Below, one piece after another: positions 21,801-31,401 of a stretch of 64,000 bases of DNA. A program made the position numbers and the translations under genes. The notes beneath the pieces are model-generated. The model was not told the origin of the DNA, did not search any database, and was given only the letters and a program-made list of their open reading frames with translations. This DNA comes from Staphylococcus phage AH12. The stretch is taken from the sequence record OR455461.1; one strand, written 5' to 3'. The stretch's first letter is position 1, and each line of letters opens with the position of its first letter.

Positions 21801-22271
21801 TTAAATAGATTTTTGATACTCATTTCTTTCTTTTACATATAGTGTTAATTTGTAGTACATTATATCTAATATAATATTTGGTAATTCTTCATTATCATAA
21901 ACTTTATAGAGTTTTTTCTTAAAATCTTCAGATATATAACTCATGTATCTATTATAAACATCTTCCAATATTGTATTCTTTCTTTGTTCCGTAATACTTA
22001 CATTAGAAAATTTCATAGATGGATTTTCTAAATATACATCTAGATATATTTCTTCTATTGTTATATCAAAAGTAGGTTTTAAGAAGTTATCAATAGAATA
22101 ATCTAAATCATCAATAATACTTTTACCATCAAATTTATCTTCCATATCTTTTACTTTATATTGGAGTTGATTAACATTTTTTAAGCTTTGTTTATACTTA
22201 TAATAATAATGTCCTATGAATATACCTAGAAGTATACATATAAATATTAAAGCTGTAACTAAAAACCACAT
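21801..22271 (-). CDS. hypothetical membrane protein (N-terminal TM helix)
   Basis: The N-terminal 'MWFLVTALIFICILLGIFIGHYYY' is hydrophobic. A further small TM ORF, about 45 aa on the minus strand at about 22290-22430, is not in the ORF track. Confidence 0.45.
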   Translation of the reverse strand: MWFLVTALIFICILLGIFIGHYYYKYKQSLKNVNQLQYKVKDMEDKFDGKSIIDDLDYSIDNFLKPTFDITIEEIYLDVYLENPSMKFSNVSITEQRKNTILEDVYNRYMSYISEDFKKKLYKVYDNEELPNIILDIMYYKLTLYVKERNEYQKSI

Positions 22272-22431
22272 TCATTTCACCTCCTTTTTATTCTTCTTAA
22301 TTTATTGAATCTTTTTCTTTTATTCTTAATTTTAATTTTTTCACTACGTTCTTTTTTAAGAATATCATTTGAAATATTTGACACTATAAGTAATACTAAA
22401 GATATTATGAAAACCATTACAATATAAATCA

Positions 22432-22986
22432 TTACAGTTCACCATCTTTAATTCTAATGAAGTTAACATTATTTTCTATTAATAAATCCATAACAGGTTC
22501 ATAATCATCATAGAGTTCATTAAAGTAAACTGTTTTTATTCCTGAAGCTATGATATTCTTAGCACAATTGTAACATGGTGAATGTGTGCAATATAAATCA
22601 AGTCCTTCTGTAGATATTCCTTTTTTACTCATTTTAGTCAACGCATTTATTTCTGCATGAACTTCATTAAGTAATGACCATTTATGATGAAGTTCTTGAT
22701 CTTCGCATTCTATTAGCTCATCTCCATTAATTTCATACCAAACATTATCTTTTTTCTTAAATATTTCATTACAATTAACTTTACCAGGAAATGATCCATT
22801 TACTCCTATAGAATATATTGAAGAATTATCTGCAATAATTGAACTAACTTTTTTAGCTGCACACTTACTCAATTCAGAAGCTTCTTTACAATATTTCATA
22901 CATAATATGTTCCATTTATTGATTTCATAAAAATCATTAAATTCATTATCATTAAAATCTATTTTTGTAGTCATAATTAAATTCAT
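22432..22986 (-). CDS. dCMP/cytidine deaminase (zinc-dependent CDA fold)
   Basis: The 'HAEINAL' and 'PCYNCAKNI' motifs match the H-A-E...P-C-x-x-C zinc-binding signature. Confidence 0.75.
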   Translation of the reverse strand: MNLIMTTKIDFNDNEFNDFYEINKWNILCMKYCKEASELSKCAAKKVSSIIADNSSIYSIGVNGSFPGKVNCNEIFKKKDNVWYEINGDELIECEDQELHHKWSLLNEVHAEINALTKMSKKGISTEGLDLYCTHSPCYNCAKNIIASGIKTVYFNELYDDYEPVMDLLIENNVNFIRIKDGEL

Positions 22987-22995
22987 AAACTCCTT

Positions 22996-23607
22996 TTATT
23001 TTAAATTATTAACAAATTCAGTTATTTTCTCTATAATATAATCATATGAATAAGCTTCATCATTATTTTCATAAGCGAGTAATTTTCCTTTATTTGCATA
23101 TTCATCAGCTAATTCATTGTATTTTGAATCTTGGTCAATTGATTTATTATGTCCTTTTGTCCATGATAAATTTATATTAAACCTCATTCCTAAATTATAT
23201 TTTATATCATCTATTAATGACCATAGTTCTTTATTTTTTATAGGAGCTCCTGTATTTGTTAACCAACCATTTTCTGACCATTTTGAAAGATATTTATTAA
23301 AACCATCAACAACATATCTAGAATCTGTTTTAATATTTATATTTAATTTTCCCTCACCTTTATACGTTTCTATAGCAAATAGAACGGAAAATATAAATGA
23401 TAATATTTCTAAATTGTTATTAGTTAATTTTTCATCCATCACAGGTATTCCCATAGAATCAAAAGGTCTATCTTCTTCAGGCAAATATATACCTAACCCA
23501 CCATATTTAGTTCCTTTAGATTTAACACCTTTTATTGCACCATCACAATAAATTATTACTTTATCACTGTTTTTATCTAAATATTTTTTAAAGTCTATCA
23601 AATTCAT
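22996..23607 (-). CDS. ribonuclease H (RNase HI-like)
   Basis: 'IYCDGA', 'WTKGH' and 'NELADEYA' match the RNase H catalytic DEDD/His pattern. Confidence 0.7.
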   Translation of the reverse strand: MNLIDFKKYLDKNSDKVIIYCDGAIKGVKSKGTKYGGLGIYLPEEDRPFDSMGIPVMDEKLTNNNLEILSFIFSVLFAIETYKGEGKLNINIKTDSRYVVDGFNKYLSKWSENGWLTNTGAPIKNKELWSLIDDIKYNLGMRFNINLSWTKGHNKSIDQDSKYNELADEYANKGKLLAYENNDEAYSYDYIIEKITEFVNNLK

Positions 23608-23635
23608 ACACCGTCCTAGAATTTATAAAAAAAAA

Positions 23636-23668
23636 TAAATGAAGAGAGATTAGATCTCTCTTCATCCT
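23636..23668. terminator. hairpin GAAGAGAGAT/ATCTCTCTTC
   Basis: The inverted repeat lies between minus-strand genes. Confidence 0.4.
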
Positions 23669-23706
23669 TTATATAATTAAAAAGTTTTTACCATTTATTA
23701 ATTTTA

Positions 23707-25779
23707 TTAAACCATAAATGAATCTAAGATCTCTTCATCTAAAGATTTAACATCAGTTTCTTCACCAGTAATTAATTTAACTAAATCTTCGTCACTATCT
23801 AAATCTTTATTAGTAACTTTAATTCTAATGTCTTCTAAAGTATCTGTTCCTTCAAGAACATCAATATAATCACTAACAAATTGAACTTCACCATCAATAT
23901 TAGTAACTTTAATAGTATGACTATCCGAGAACTCTACGCTATCTACGAAAGCAAATTTAGTATTATCATTAATTAATTTATTAATGAATAATTTACGTTT
24001 AGCGATTTCTAATTCAATATCGCCTTTACGAATTTTATCAATTCTATGTGTAGAACCTGCATATTTAAACGATACATCCTTAGTGAATTTGTTTTCTTTA
24101 ATAATTTGATATGTCATATTTAATTTCTCCTCTTTATTATCATTTTTAGTTTCTTTTACATTTTTTATAGTAGATTCTTTTGATTTAATTTCTTCCTGTA
24201 CCTCTTTTAATTCATCTTCATTATTAATTTCAATAATACTTTCTTTTTCAGGTTTAGTAAATGCATATTTTCCTTCAATTATATTTTGATATTGATTAGT
24301 AAATGCATCAACGTAATTTTTATCCTCATCAAATATGTTATCCAATGAAGATTTTAAACTTAGTTTTAGATTTGAATATCTATGTGAAGTTGTATCAATA
24401 CGTTTACTACTATTAAATATATCTTTTCTTGAAGTAAAGACATTTTTAATATCTTCATTAAAATCAGTGTTATTATTTTCAAAAGTAATGAATTTCATTA
24501 ATTTTATAACATTGAAATCATCAAGTTTTATAGTTTGGTTACTTGATTGTATATATTCAAATAAGAAGTTATTGAATAAAGTATAACCTACTATATGAGT
24601 ACTAGTGCTTAATGTTTCTGATATGTTCATTTTTAATGGATATTCATTTTTCTTCTTCTTAGTATAACCACGTTTATTTTCTGAATTCAATAAATATGAT
24701 TTGGAAGTGAATTCATTAACATTCCCTTTAGAGTATATTCCTGAATAAACACCTTGAAGAAGTTCAAATGTAAATCTTTTTAAAGTATACTCAATATTTT
24801 CTATGCCTAAGAAACTTAAGAATAAATCATATATCAATGTCTCTCTAATAGGATGGTCATAACTAACTGACAAGAAGCGTTGTCTAAATGGATTGAAATA
24901 TAAATTTTCTCTAGTTAAGATATTTGTATCTCTTATTTTTTGTTCTTTTCCATTTGTACATATAAATAAATCTAATCTAGTATCATCCCTTGCATCACTT
25001 ACTTTTGGAATATTGAATAATGGATTACTAGCGAAATAATAATCTGAACGTTGACTAAATGTAAACACTTCAGAATATGTTCTATTTGAAAATATATCAT
25101 TTCTTTCAATCTTTCCAGTCAATTTACCTTCTTTACTTCTAATATTTATATTAGCATCCATTAGTAAATCAAAATAATTAATTGCGTCATAAGATTTATT
25201 TAATAGCTCCTCATTGTTTAATGAAATTAAATAACTACCTAAATTATCTACACTTAATTCTTTATACGCTGCCATAATAGAATCTTTATTAATTTCAGCA
25301 ATTAAATCGTATAATGTATTTCTTTCATAATTACCAAAACTGCTTAGTTTTTTATGGAAACTAAAATCTGCAGTTTTATAAAATTTATAAACCATTAAAT
25401 TGTCAACGATACTTGATTTAATAAATTTTAATAATGCATCTACATTTACATCACTATTTTTATCTTTAACATTCATTTTTGGACCATATACTCTAGTAAC
25501 AAAAGGAATACTATCAATTGAATAAATGATAAAAATATTTCTAGATTCTTCATTATTATCATTAGAAATAAATCTAAACATTGTATCTGTTATTTTATTT
25601 TCTTTCATAATATTAATAACGCCATCAAAAAGATTATTTACATTATTTACATAATTTTCATCATTTACCATTTTAGATGGTTGATTAACATCTATTTCTT
25701 TCTTAAACCAACGTTTAACTTCCTTTAAACTGATATTACTTTCTGACAAATTGTTTTTCTTTAGTATTATTCTACTCAT
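23707..25779 (-). CDS. hypothetical protein (690 aa)
   Basis: The long ORF has the motif TTATAATATATATTTAAAA about 60 nt upstream. Confidence 0.5.
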   Translation of the reverse strand: MSRIILKKNNLSESNISLKEVKRWFKKEIDVNQPSKMVNDENYVNNVNNLFDGVINIMKENKITDTMFRFISNDNNEESRNIFIIYSIDSIPFVTRVYGPKMNVKDKNSDVNVDALLKFIKSSIVDNLMVYKFYKTADFSFHKKLSSFGNYERNTLYDLIAEINKDSIMAAYKELSVDNLGSYLISLNNEELLNKSYDAINYFDLLMDANINIRSKEGKLTGKIERNDIFSNRTYSEVFTFSQRSDYYFASNPLFNIPKVSDARDDTRLDLFICTNGKEQKIRDTNILTRENLYFNPFRQRFLSVSYDHPIRETLIYDLFLSFLGIENIEYTLKRFTFELLQGVYSGIYSKGNVNEFTSKSYLLNSENKRGYTKKKKNEYPLKMNISETLSTSTHIVGYTLFNNFLFEYIQSSNQTIKLDDFNVIKLMKFITFENNNTDFNEDIKNVFTSRKDIFNSSKRIDTTSHRYSNLKLSLKSSLDNIFDEDKNYVDAFTNQYQNIIEGKYAFTKPEKESIIEINNEDELKEVQEEIKSKESTIKNVKETKNDNKEEKLNMTYQIIKENKFTKDVSFKYAGSTHRIDKIRKGDIELEIAKRKLFINKLINDNTKFAFVDSVEFSDSHTIKVTNIDGEVQFVSDYIDVLEGTDTLEDIRIKVTNKDLDSDEDLVKLITGEETDVKSLDEEILDSFMV

Positions 25780-25835
25780 ATCCGATTCACTCTCCTAGTG
25801 TAATTTTTATGAAATACTATTAGCTAATTAGTACT

Positions 25836-25860
25836 TCACTTTTATAATATATATTTAAAA
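25836..25860 (-). promoter_or_regulatory. conserved upstream motif TTATAATATATATTTAAAA (candidate phage promoter), about 60 nt upstream of the 23707-25779 start
   Basis: The same 17-19-mer recurs at 29016-29034 (upstream of the 28965 start) and at 52395-52411 (upstream of the 52355 start). Weaker versions lie upstream of the 9207, 58127 and 56134 starts. Confidence 0.35.
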
Positions 25861-25957
25861 ATTGATATAAAACGGTAATATGTAACTCATATAGTTTAAA
25901 ATATTATGATAACATATTATTATAATAATACAAACAAAATTATTCAGAAAGAAGGTC

Positions 25958-26650
25958 ATGAAATCTATGCAAATGCCAAAAGTAGATAAAAAAGACCTGC
26001 CAAAATTAATAGAAACAATAGAGTTAAATGTAGATGAAACTAAAAAATTTGATATGTACAATACTGAAGATGAAATCAAGTCTGAAGAGACTTTTAATAA
26101 ATATGTAGAAAAAATAATTAGAAGCTCATTTGAATATAAATCATTTATTAAAGCTTTGAAAACTGAAATGGATCTAACTAAATGTAAATTTATTCCAGAG
26201 GTAGATATAAATGATGATAAAAAGCTTACTATTGAGATGCATCACTATCCACTTTCATTGTACGACATCGTTTCTAGTTATCGTGAAAAATTAAAAACTA
26301 ATTATGAATATAAACAGTCATATGAAAGTTTTACTGTAGCAGAAGATGTTATTAAAATGCATTTTGAAGGTAATATAGGTATTGTACCATTATCATATAC
26401 TGCACATGAGTTAGCTCATAATGGTGATCTGTTTATACCATTAAATGAAGAATTTGTTTTTGGTAATTTTGAAGGTCTTTTTGATCAGATTGAGTTAGAA
26501 GCTCCTTTAGAAAATAAAATAGAAGCAGTTAAGAAAATGACTAAGAAATATGAAGAAGATCCGTCTCTATATGAGTCAGAGGTTCTTGATAAAGTTAAAA
26601 CTGAAATAAAAATGAAAAATGAAGTTAAACCAAATAAGATAATACAATAA
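25958..26650 (+). CDS. hypothetical protein
   Basis: The 230-aa ORF is followed by a terminator at 26663-26700. Confidence 0.45.
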   Translation: MKSMQMPKVDKKDLPKLIETIELNVDETKKFDMYNTEDEIKSEETFNKYVEKIIRSSFEYKSFIKALKTEMDLTKCKFIPEVDINDDKKLTIEMHHYPLSLYDIVSSYREKLKTNYEYKQSYESFTVAEDVIKMHFEGNIGIVPLSYTAHELAHNGDLFIPLNEEFVFGNFEGLFDQIELEAPLENKIEAVKKMTKKYEEDPSLYESEVLDKVKTEIKMKNEVKPNKIIQ

Positions 26651-26662
26651 AAAAAATAATAA

Positions 26663-26700
26663 AATTCCCCTAACCTATTAATTTAGGTTAGGGGATATAT
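26663..26700. terminator. hairpin CCCCTAACCTA..TAGGTTAGGGG
   Basis: A perfect inverted repeat is present. Confidence 0.6.
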
Positions 26701-26706
26701 TTTTAA

Positions 26707-28965
26707 TCATTCAAATATAAAATTAGTTGAACCTGTATCATATACTTTATTTATATAAGTTTTATTTTTATCAATCTTATGTCTTATATAACTATCATTA
26801 CTTGTACCTTTTAAGAAAGTCTTTTCAATAGGTAATTCATTACCTACTTTATACATTCCAAATTTCTCAAATTTATAACATGTATATGAATCAGATTTTA
26901 CATTAAAAGTTAGACTTGGAAATATCTTTTTAATTTTAATTAAATCTGCGTCTGTATTTAAAAGTGAAATAAAATTATGTGATACATTAGTCTTATTATT
27001 AAAAGAAAATGCACAAATAATATAACCTTTATAATAAAGAGCGAAGAAGTCAGAATCTTTCCCATAAAAGTCTTCTGTTGAATGATTTTCAAAGAAATCT
27101 TTAAATGTAAAGAATCCCATAGATTTAATTTTTATATCACCATAATCTAATACAGAATAATCATCTTTAAATAGTAACAATTGATGTAAGAATTTAGCAT
27201 AATTCTTACCATCAATTCTTTTAGTTTCATTACGGATATCATCATCAAATAAATTAAGAAGATGGTACCCTTTTTCTTTAAGTTCATTGTATTTCTTAAG
27301 TTGATGATATTTAGCATTTATATCAGATTTAGTTTCATTGGAATGATATTTAACTCCATTAACTTCAATAGCCAATTTATACTTTTCAGAGAGTATATCA
27401 ATTTCTTTACCATCTAACAAATCTCTATTCTGTCTTTCTATATCAAAACCTAAATATTTCATTTCATCAGATACTTTTGATTCAGCAATAGAAGATTTTC
27501 CATTACTACATGACGGACAATTAATACCTTTTTCTATTAAATCATTTGCATTTATTTTAAATTCACCATGGTCTTTACATATTACTATTGATCTTTCATA
27601 TTTATCGTTAGGTCTAAATTTACTCATATTATATTTATCTTTACCATGTTTAATATTTGCAAGTGTTTGATATACTTCAGTCTTTTCTTCTTCAGTATAA
27701 TCAAAGTTATTAAGATTTTTAATCTTAGTATTAAGTGACTTTATACGTTTATACTCTTTTAATTCCTGAACAGAATATTTTCTCTTATTCTTTATTTTTG
27801 GTATTGATACTGATACTGAAACTATTTCTTTTTGATCTTCATTTGAATCTTTAACTTTATCTTTAACTTTATCTTTAACTTTATCTTTAACTTTATCTTT
27901 AATATTATCCTTAACTTTATCAATATCAAAATTATTAGAGATTTCTCTTTCTATATTTTCTTTCTTCATATTCTTTTTAATTTTCGGTGTTTTCTTTATA
28001 CCTTTAAGTAATTTCTCAGTTTCTTCTTCACGTTTCTTTTTATTATTCTCTACGATTTTTTCCCAGTCTTTATCTATACTAAGTTTTTCTTCTTCACATT
28101 TAGGACAAGCTAATTTTTTATCAAATAACATTTCGTGTATAGATGTTTTAAATTCACCATGTTTTTCACATATAATTGGTTGAATATCTTTTTCGTTAAT
28201 AGGTCTAAATTTAGAAAAATCATAGTTTGTATTATTAGCTTTATTTAGAGCTAAATCATAAATATGGTTTTTCTCATCTTCTGTATAATCTTTAGTCAAT
28301 TCTAAAAATAAATCAGGATCTATGTCTTTTAAATTATTAAAGATATTTTCAGTAGTTGCAACTTCTCCATCTTTCTTACAACCTGGACAGCCATCAAGAT
28401 TATTTATAAGAAAATTTTTAACTGAACTTTTAAAGCTACCATGTTTTTCACAGACTATATTTTGTTTAGTATTTATACTGTTCGGTTTAAAATTAGATAC
28501 ATCATAAGGAGAATATAGTCCATATTTAGCTATTGTAATATTATAGAAGAATAAATATTTTTCTTCTTTACTTTTATTCTTTAAATATCTAACTTTATCT
28601 TTCATTTTAGTAGAGCTATTTAAGAAAAATGTATAAGGTTCTAAAAATTCATTAGGATCTTCTACCATAGGAGATTCAAGTCGCTTAGTTCTTTCTTTAT
28701 TTTTTAAAAATTTCTCAGCGTTAACTTTATTTTCATTTTCTCCTGATTCAATTATTCTTAAACAGCTTTCAAAATAATTATCGAACCATTCTTTACTTTT
28801 AGTATATTTAATCATTCTTATTTTAAAATCTTCAGATATTTTTCCTTTATATGTTACTTTTACTTTATCTTCATTTATTTGATAATCTTTATCATTATCT
28901 ATATTAAATGTATAGTCATTACCTAATTTTTCTTTAAAGCTTTCTCTTAATTTTTTACCTAACAT
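26707..28965 (-). CDS. putative free-standing homing endonuclease: three zinc-finger-like repeats (CEKHGxFK...CPxC) plus a Vsr/DUF559-like PD-(D/E)XK nuclease motif (LAIEVNGVKYH); internal (KVKD)n repeat
   Basis: The 752-aa ORF carries 'CEKHGSFK..CPGCKK', 'CEKHGEFK..CPKCEE' and 'CKDHGEFK..CPSCS', then 'GKEIDILSEKYKLAIEVNGVKYHS'. A 12-bp tandem repeat lies at about 27845-27905. Confidence 0.5.
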   Translation of the reverse strand: MLGKKLRESFKEKLGNDYTFNIDNDKDYQINEDKVKVTYKGKISEDFKIRMIKYTKSKEWFDNYFESCLRIIESGENENKVNAEKFLKNKERTKRLESPMVEDPNEFLEPYTFFLNSSTKMKDKVRYLKNKSKEEKYLFFYNITIAKYGLYSPYDVSNFKPNSINTKQNIVCEKHGSFKSSVKNFLINNLDGCPGCKKDGEVATTENIFNNLKDIDPDLFLELTKDYTEDEKNHIYDLALNKANNTNYDFSKFRPINEKDIQPIICEKHGEFKTSIHEMLFDKKLACPKCEEEKLSIDKDWEKIVENNKKKREEETEKLLKGIKKTPKIKKNMKKENIEREISNNFDIDKVKDNIKDKVKDKVKDKVKDKVKDSNEDQKEIVSVSVSIPKIKNKRKYSVQELKEYKRIKSLNTKIKNLNNFDYTEEEKTEVYQTLANIKHGKDKYNMSKFRPNDKYERSIVICKDHGEFKINANDLIEKGINCPSCSNGKSSIAESKVSDEMKYLGFDIERQNRDLLDGKEIDILSEKYKLAIEVNGVKYHSNETKSDINAKYHQLKKYNELKEKGYHLLNLFDDDIRNETKRIDGKNYAKFLHQLLLFKDDYSVLDYGDIKIKSMGFFTFKDFFENHSTEDFYGKDSDFFALYYKGYIICAFSFNNKTNVSHNFISLLNTDADLIKIKKIFPSLTFNVKSDSYTCYKFEKFGMYKVGNELPIEKTFLKGTSNDSYIRHKIDKNKTYINKVYDTGSTNFIFE

Positions 28966-29012
28966 ATCATGTTCATCTCCATATTATAATATTAAGATTA
29001 TATTTTAATAAT

Positions 29013-29040
29013 CTCAAATTTATAATATATATTTAAAACG
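29013..29040 (-). promoter_or_regulatory. same upstream motif, about 50 nt upstream of the HEG-like gene 26707-28965
   Basis: The motif is recorded under the 25836-25860 feature. Confidence 0.35.
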
Positions 29041-29054
29041 TAAAATAAAATAAT

Positions 29055-29150
29055 CCCAATATCTAATTTAATAGATATTGGGAAATATGTATAAATTAAC
29101 CCTAACCTCTTCGACTAATTCAAAATCAATCTGTAGGTTAGGGTTAATGT
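29055..29150. terminator. two tandem hairpins (CCCAATATCTA..TAGATATTGGG and CCCTAACCT...AGGTTAGGG)
   Basis: The inverted repeats lie downstream of the minus-strand tRNA-like genes. Confidence 0.5.
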
Positions 29151-29519
29151 TACTTTTACGAGAAAAGTATAAAGTTGCTTTAATAATTTTTTATATCCTA
29201 TAAAGCATAAGAAGGATTAAAGAAACCAATATATGCATGGAACATATTAGGAATCTTATAGTGATATTTTAATAGTCTAGTTTTTCTTATATTAGGAACT
29301 AAAACTAGAAAACCTAAAGTGTATTAAAGTCAGATACTTATCACAAATTAATGTAAAATAAGTCCTCTTTAATACTTCTTTTTTAATACTTTTTTACAAC
29401 TAAAGATATGCCTTAACTTTAGTTGAATCTAATAAATTAAGTTTGGCATATCACTTAATTTATATTTTATTTATAGCAGGTCTGCAGCCAAGCTATAAGG
29501 ATGATTAATCCTATAGGGT

Positions 29520-29604
29520 TGTTCCTAATGAGATTCGAACTCATAACCTACAGATAAATTTTAATTCATAAATCTGTACGCTCTGACCATTGAGCTATAG
29601 GAAC
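29520..29604 (-). tRNA. tRNA-like gene (85 nt) with canonical acceptor, D and T arms but a non-canonical, expanded anticodon region (7-bp stem, 16-nt loop)
   Basis: The minus-strand sequence reads GTTCCTA-TA-GCTC-AATGGTCA-GAGC...ATGAG-TTCGAAT-CTCAT-TAGGAAC. The acceptor stem has 7 bp, the D-loop is TAGCTCAATGG and the T-loop is TTCGAAT. The anticodon arm does not fold as 5 bp plus 7 nt. Confidence 0.5.
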
Positions 29605-29964
29605 ATAGAAATTTAAAAAAAAATTAAAAGAGTACATTTATCATCTATGCACTCTTTTAAGTAAATAAATATATAATAATATCTATTAATTTTTAATTAT
29701 ACGTAAGGAGGCGTATGGATTTCTATTTAAAACCATGACATATTAAAAATAGAAACAAGAGAAACCAAAGAAACATTTTTAAACCAACAACGAGTGACAA
29801 AGTAAGTTATAATAGAATTTAATCTATTATATTTTTTAGTTAAATCAAAAACTAAAAAAAATCTATAATAATTTGACGAGAATCATTATAGATTTATACT
29901 ATATAGTTAATTAATATTTTTAAATAAAATTTTTTTAATAAATAGGAATTTTAGACCAAAAAAA

Positions 29965-30034
29965 AGCTTATCCGAGGGATCGAACCCCGGACACATGATG
30001 AAAATCATTGCTCTACCAACTGAGCTAGATAAAC
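29965..30034 (-). tRNA. tRNA-like gene (~70 nt) with canonical acceptor/D/T arms but a shortened anticodon arm (ATGAT-TTTC-ATCAT)
   Basis: The minus-strand sequence reads GTTTATC-TA-GCTC-AGTTGGTA-GAGC-A-ATGATTTTCATCAT-GTGTC-CGGGG-TTCGATC-CCTCG-GATAAGC. The anticodon loop appears to be 4 nt. Confidence 0.45.
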
Positions 30035-30072
30035 TTTCTTCATTATTATAATATATGTTTATATTTCACTAT

Positions 30073-30135
30073 ATTACGCTTTTAATAAATATAATCTTCT
30101 ATATCAATTTCATTTTGTTTAATTGTCATATATTC
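30073..30135 (-). repeat. duplicated 3' end of the beta-prime gene (15 codons MTIKQNEIDIEDYIY + stop), differing from the copy at 31402-31452 only at synonymous positions
   Basis: Alignment of 30088-30135 against 31405-31452 shows 3 mismatches, all synonymous in the beta-prime frame. Both copies are followed by TAA. Confidence 0.8.
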
Positions 30136-31366
30136 CTGAATTATGATAATACAATTTTCTTTTATTATCAAAAATTTTCATGGGTTCTTTGATTTCTATT
30201 TTATCTTTCATTTTTAAATAATGACTATATTTCATATTATCTAAAGAATTTGTTTTTACTTCTTTTTTGATAATATTTTCTAATTTTTCTTTTAAATTAT
30301 AATTTTCATTCTCATATAAAAATACAGTAGAAAATTTATTTTCTAAAAGAAATAGAGCTTTTTCTTGATGATAATATTTATCTTTAAATATTTCTGAATG
30401 CCAGTAAGCTCCATTACATTCGATAGCTATTTTTTCTTTAATATCATCAATATATAAAATTATATCAATTTCTCTTTTACCAATAAATTTATTATTTTCA
30501 ATATGATAACTATAATTTTCGTTGTCTAAAATTTCTTTTAATTCATCCAATACATTAATTTCAAATAATGAACGTTGTTTAGAATTACATTTACAACCTC
30601 TAGGACGATATCTATCATAATTTATATAATCTTTAAAAATAGTATTACATTTATTACATCTAAATGAATATATAAATTCTGAATTTATACCTTTAAATTC
30701 ATCATAAGTGTTTAAAATGTCTATATCATATTTTTTTAATAAATTCTTTAAATTATAATAAGTTTTATTTTTTCTAATTTTATTTAATTTTTCTTTTATG
30801 GTGTCATTTTTCATAGGATTGTCTACACCATATCTATTGATAAAAGATTCTTTTATTATATTTGACATATTAGGTATTTCATAAATATTATTAGCATCAA
30901 ATTTATTTTTTATTTGATCTTTAATATTTATGAAATTCCCATTATTTTTTAAAGTATTATGTGATTTAGAAGATATTACTTTATTTTTCATAGGATTGTC
31001 TACACCATATTTATCAATAAAAGCTTTCTTTCTTTTAATATTAAAATCTTCTATTTTATTCATATTGCTTGTTCCATACTTATCTTTTAAAGTTTTTCTT
31101 CCTTTTTCATATTTTTCAGGATCTTTCATAGAACAACTTCTAGAACAATATACTCCTAATTTATGTTTATTTTTTACAAATTTAACTTTATTTTTTCTAC
31201 AATACTTACAGTAAATTACAGAATTTATATCATTTCTTATATAGTACATTCTTTCAGATAAATTTACATCTTTAAATTCATTTAAAAAATCAGTGTATTT
31301 AATAATATCATTTTTATATTTATTTAAAGCAGGTCCTTTTATTTTCTTAATTTGTTCTAATTGCAT
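30119..31366 (-). mobile_element. free-standing homing-endonuclease gene (415 aa) inserted immediately downstream of the beta-prime stop codon; three KYGVDNPMKN repeats, Cys pairs, Vsr/DUF559-like motif IAIECNGAYWHSE
   Basis: The protein carries 'REIDIILYIDDIKEKIAIECNGAYWH', comparable to Vsr 'RPDIVFP..AIFVHGCFWH', and three 'KYGxDNPMKN' repeats. Its position and the flanking target duplication are recorded under the 30073-30135 repeat. Confidence 0.55.
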
Positions 31367-31401
31367 ATTATCACCCTTTCTAAAATGATAATATATATTT
31401 A

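Noticed and set aside
27845-27905. 12-bp tandem repeat (x6), a possible CRISPR-like array
   Set aside because: The repeats are contiguous with no spacers, and they encode in-frame (KVKD)n within the 752-aa ORF. This is a coding microsatellite.
29380-29460. Possible third tRNA near the two tRNA-like genes
   Set aside because: Only an 8-bp hairpin (GATATGCC...GGCATATC) with a 32-nt loop is present. There is no D or T arm, and it is too short for a tRNA.
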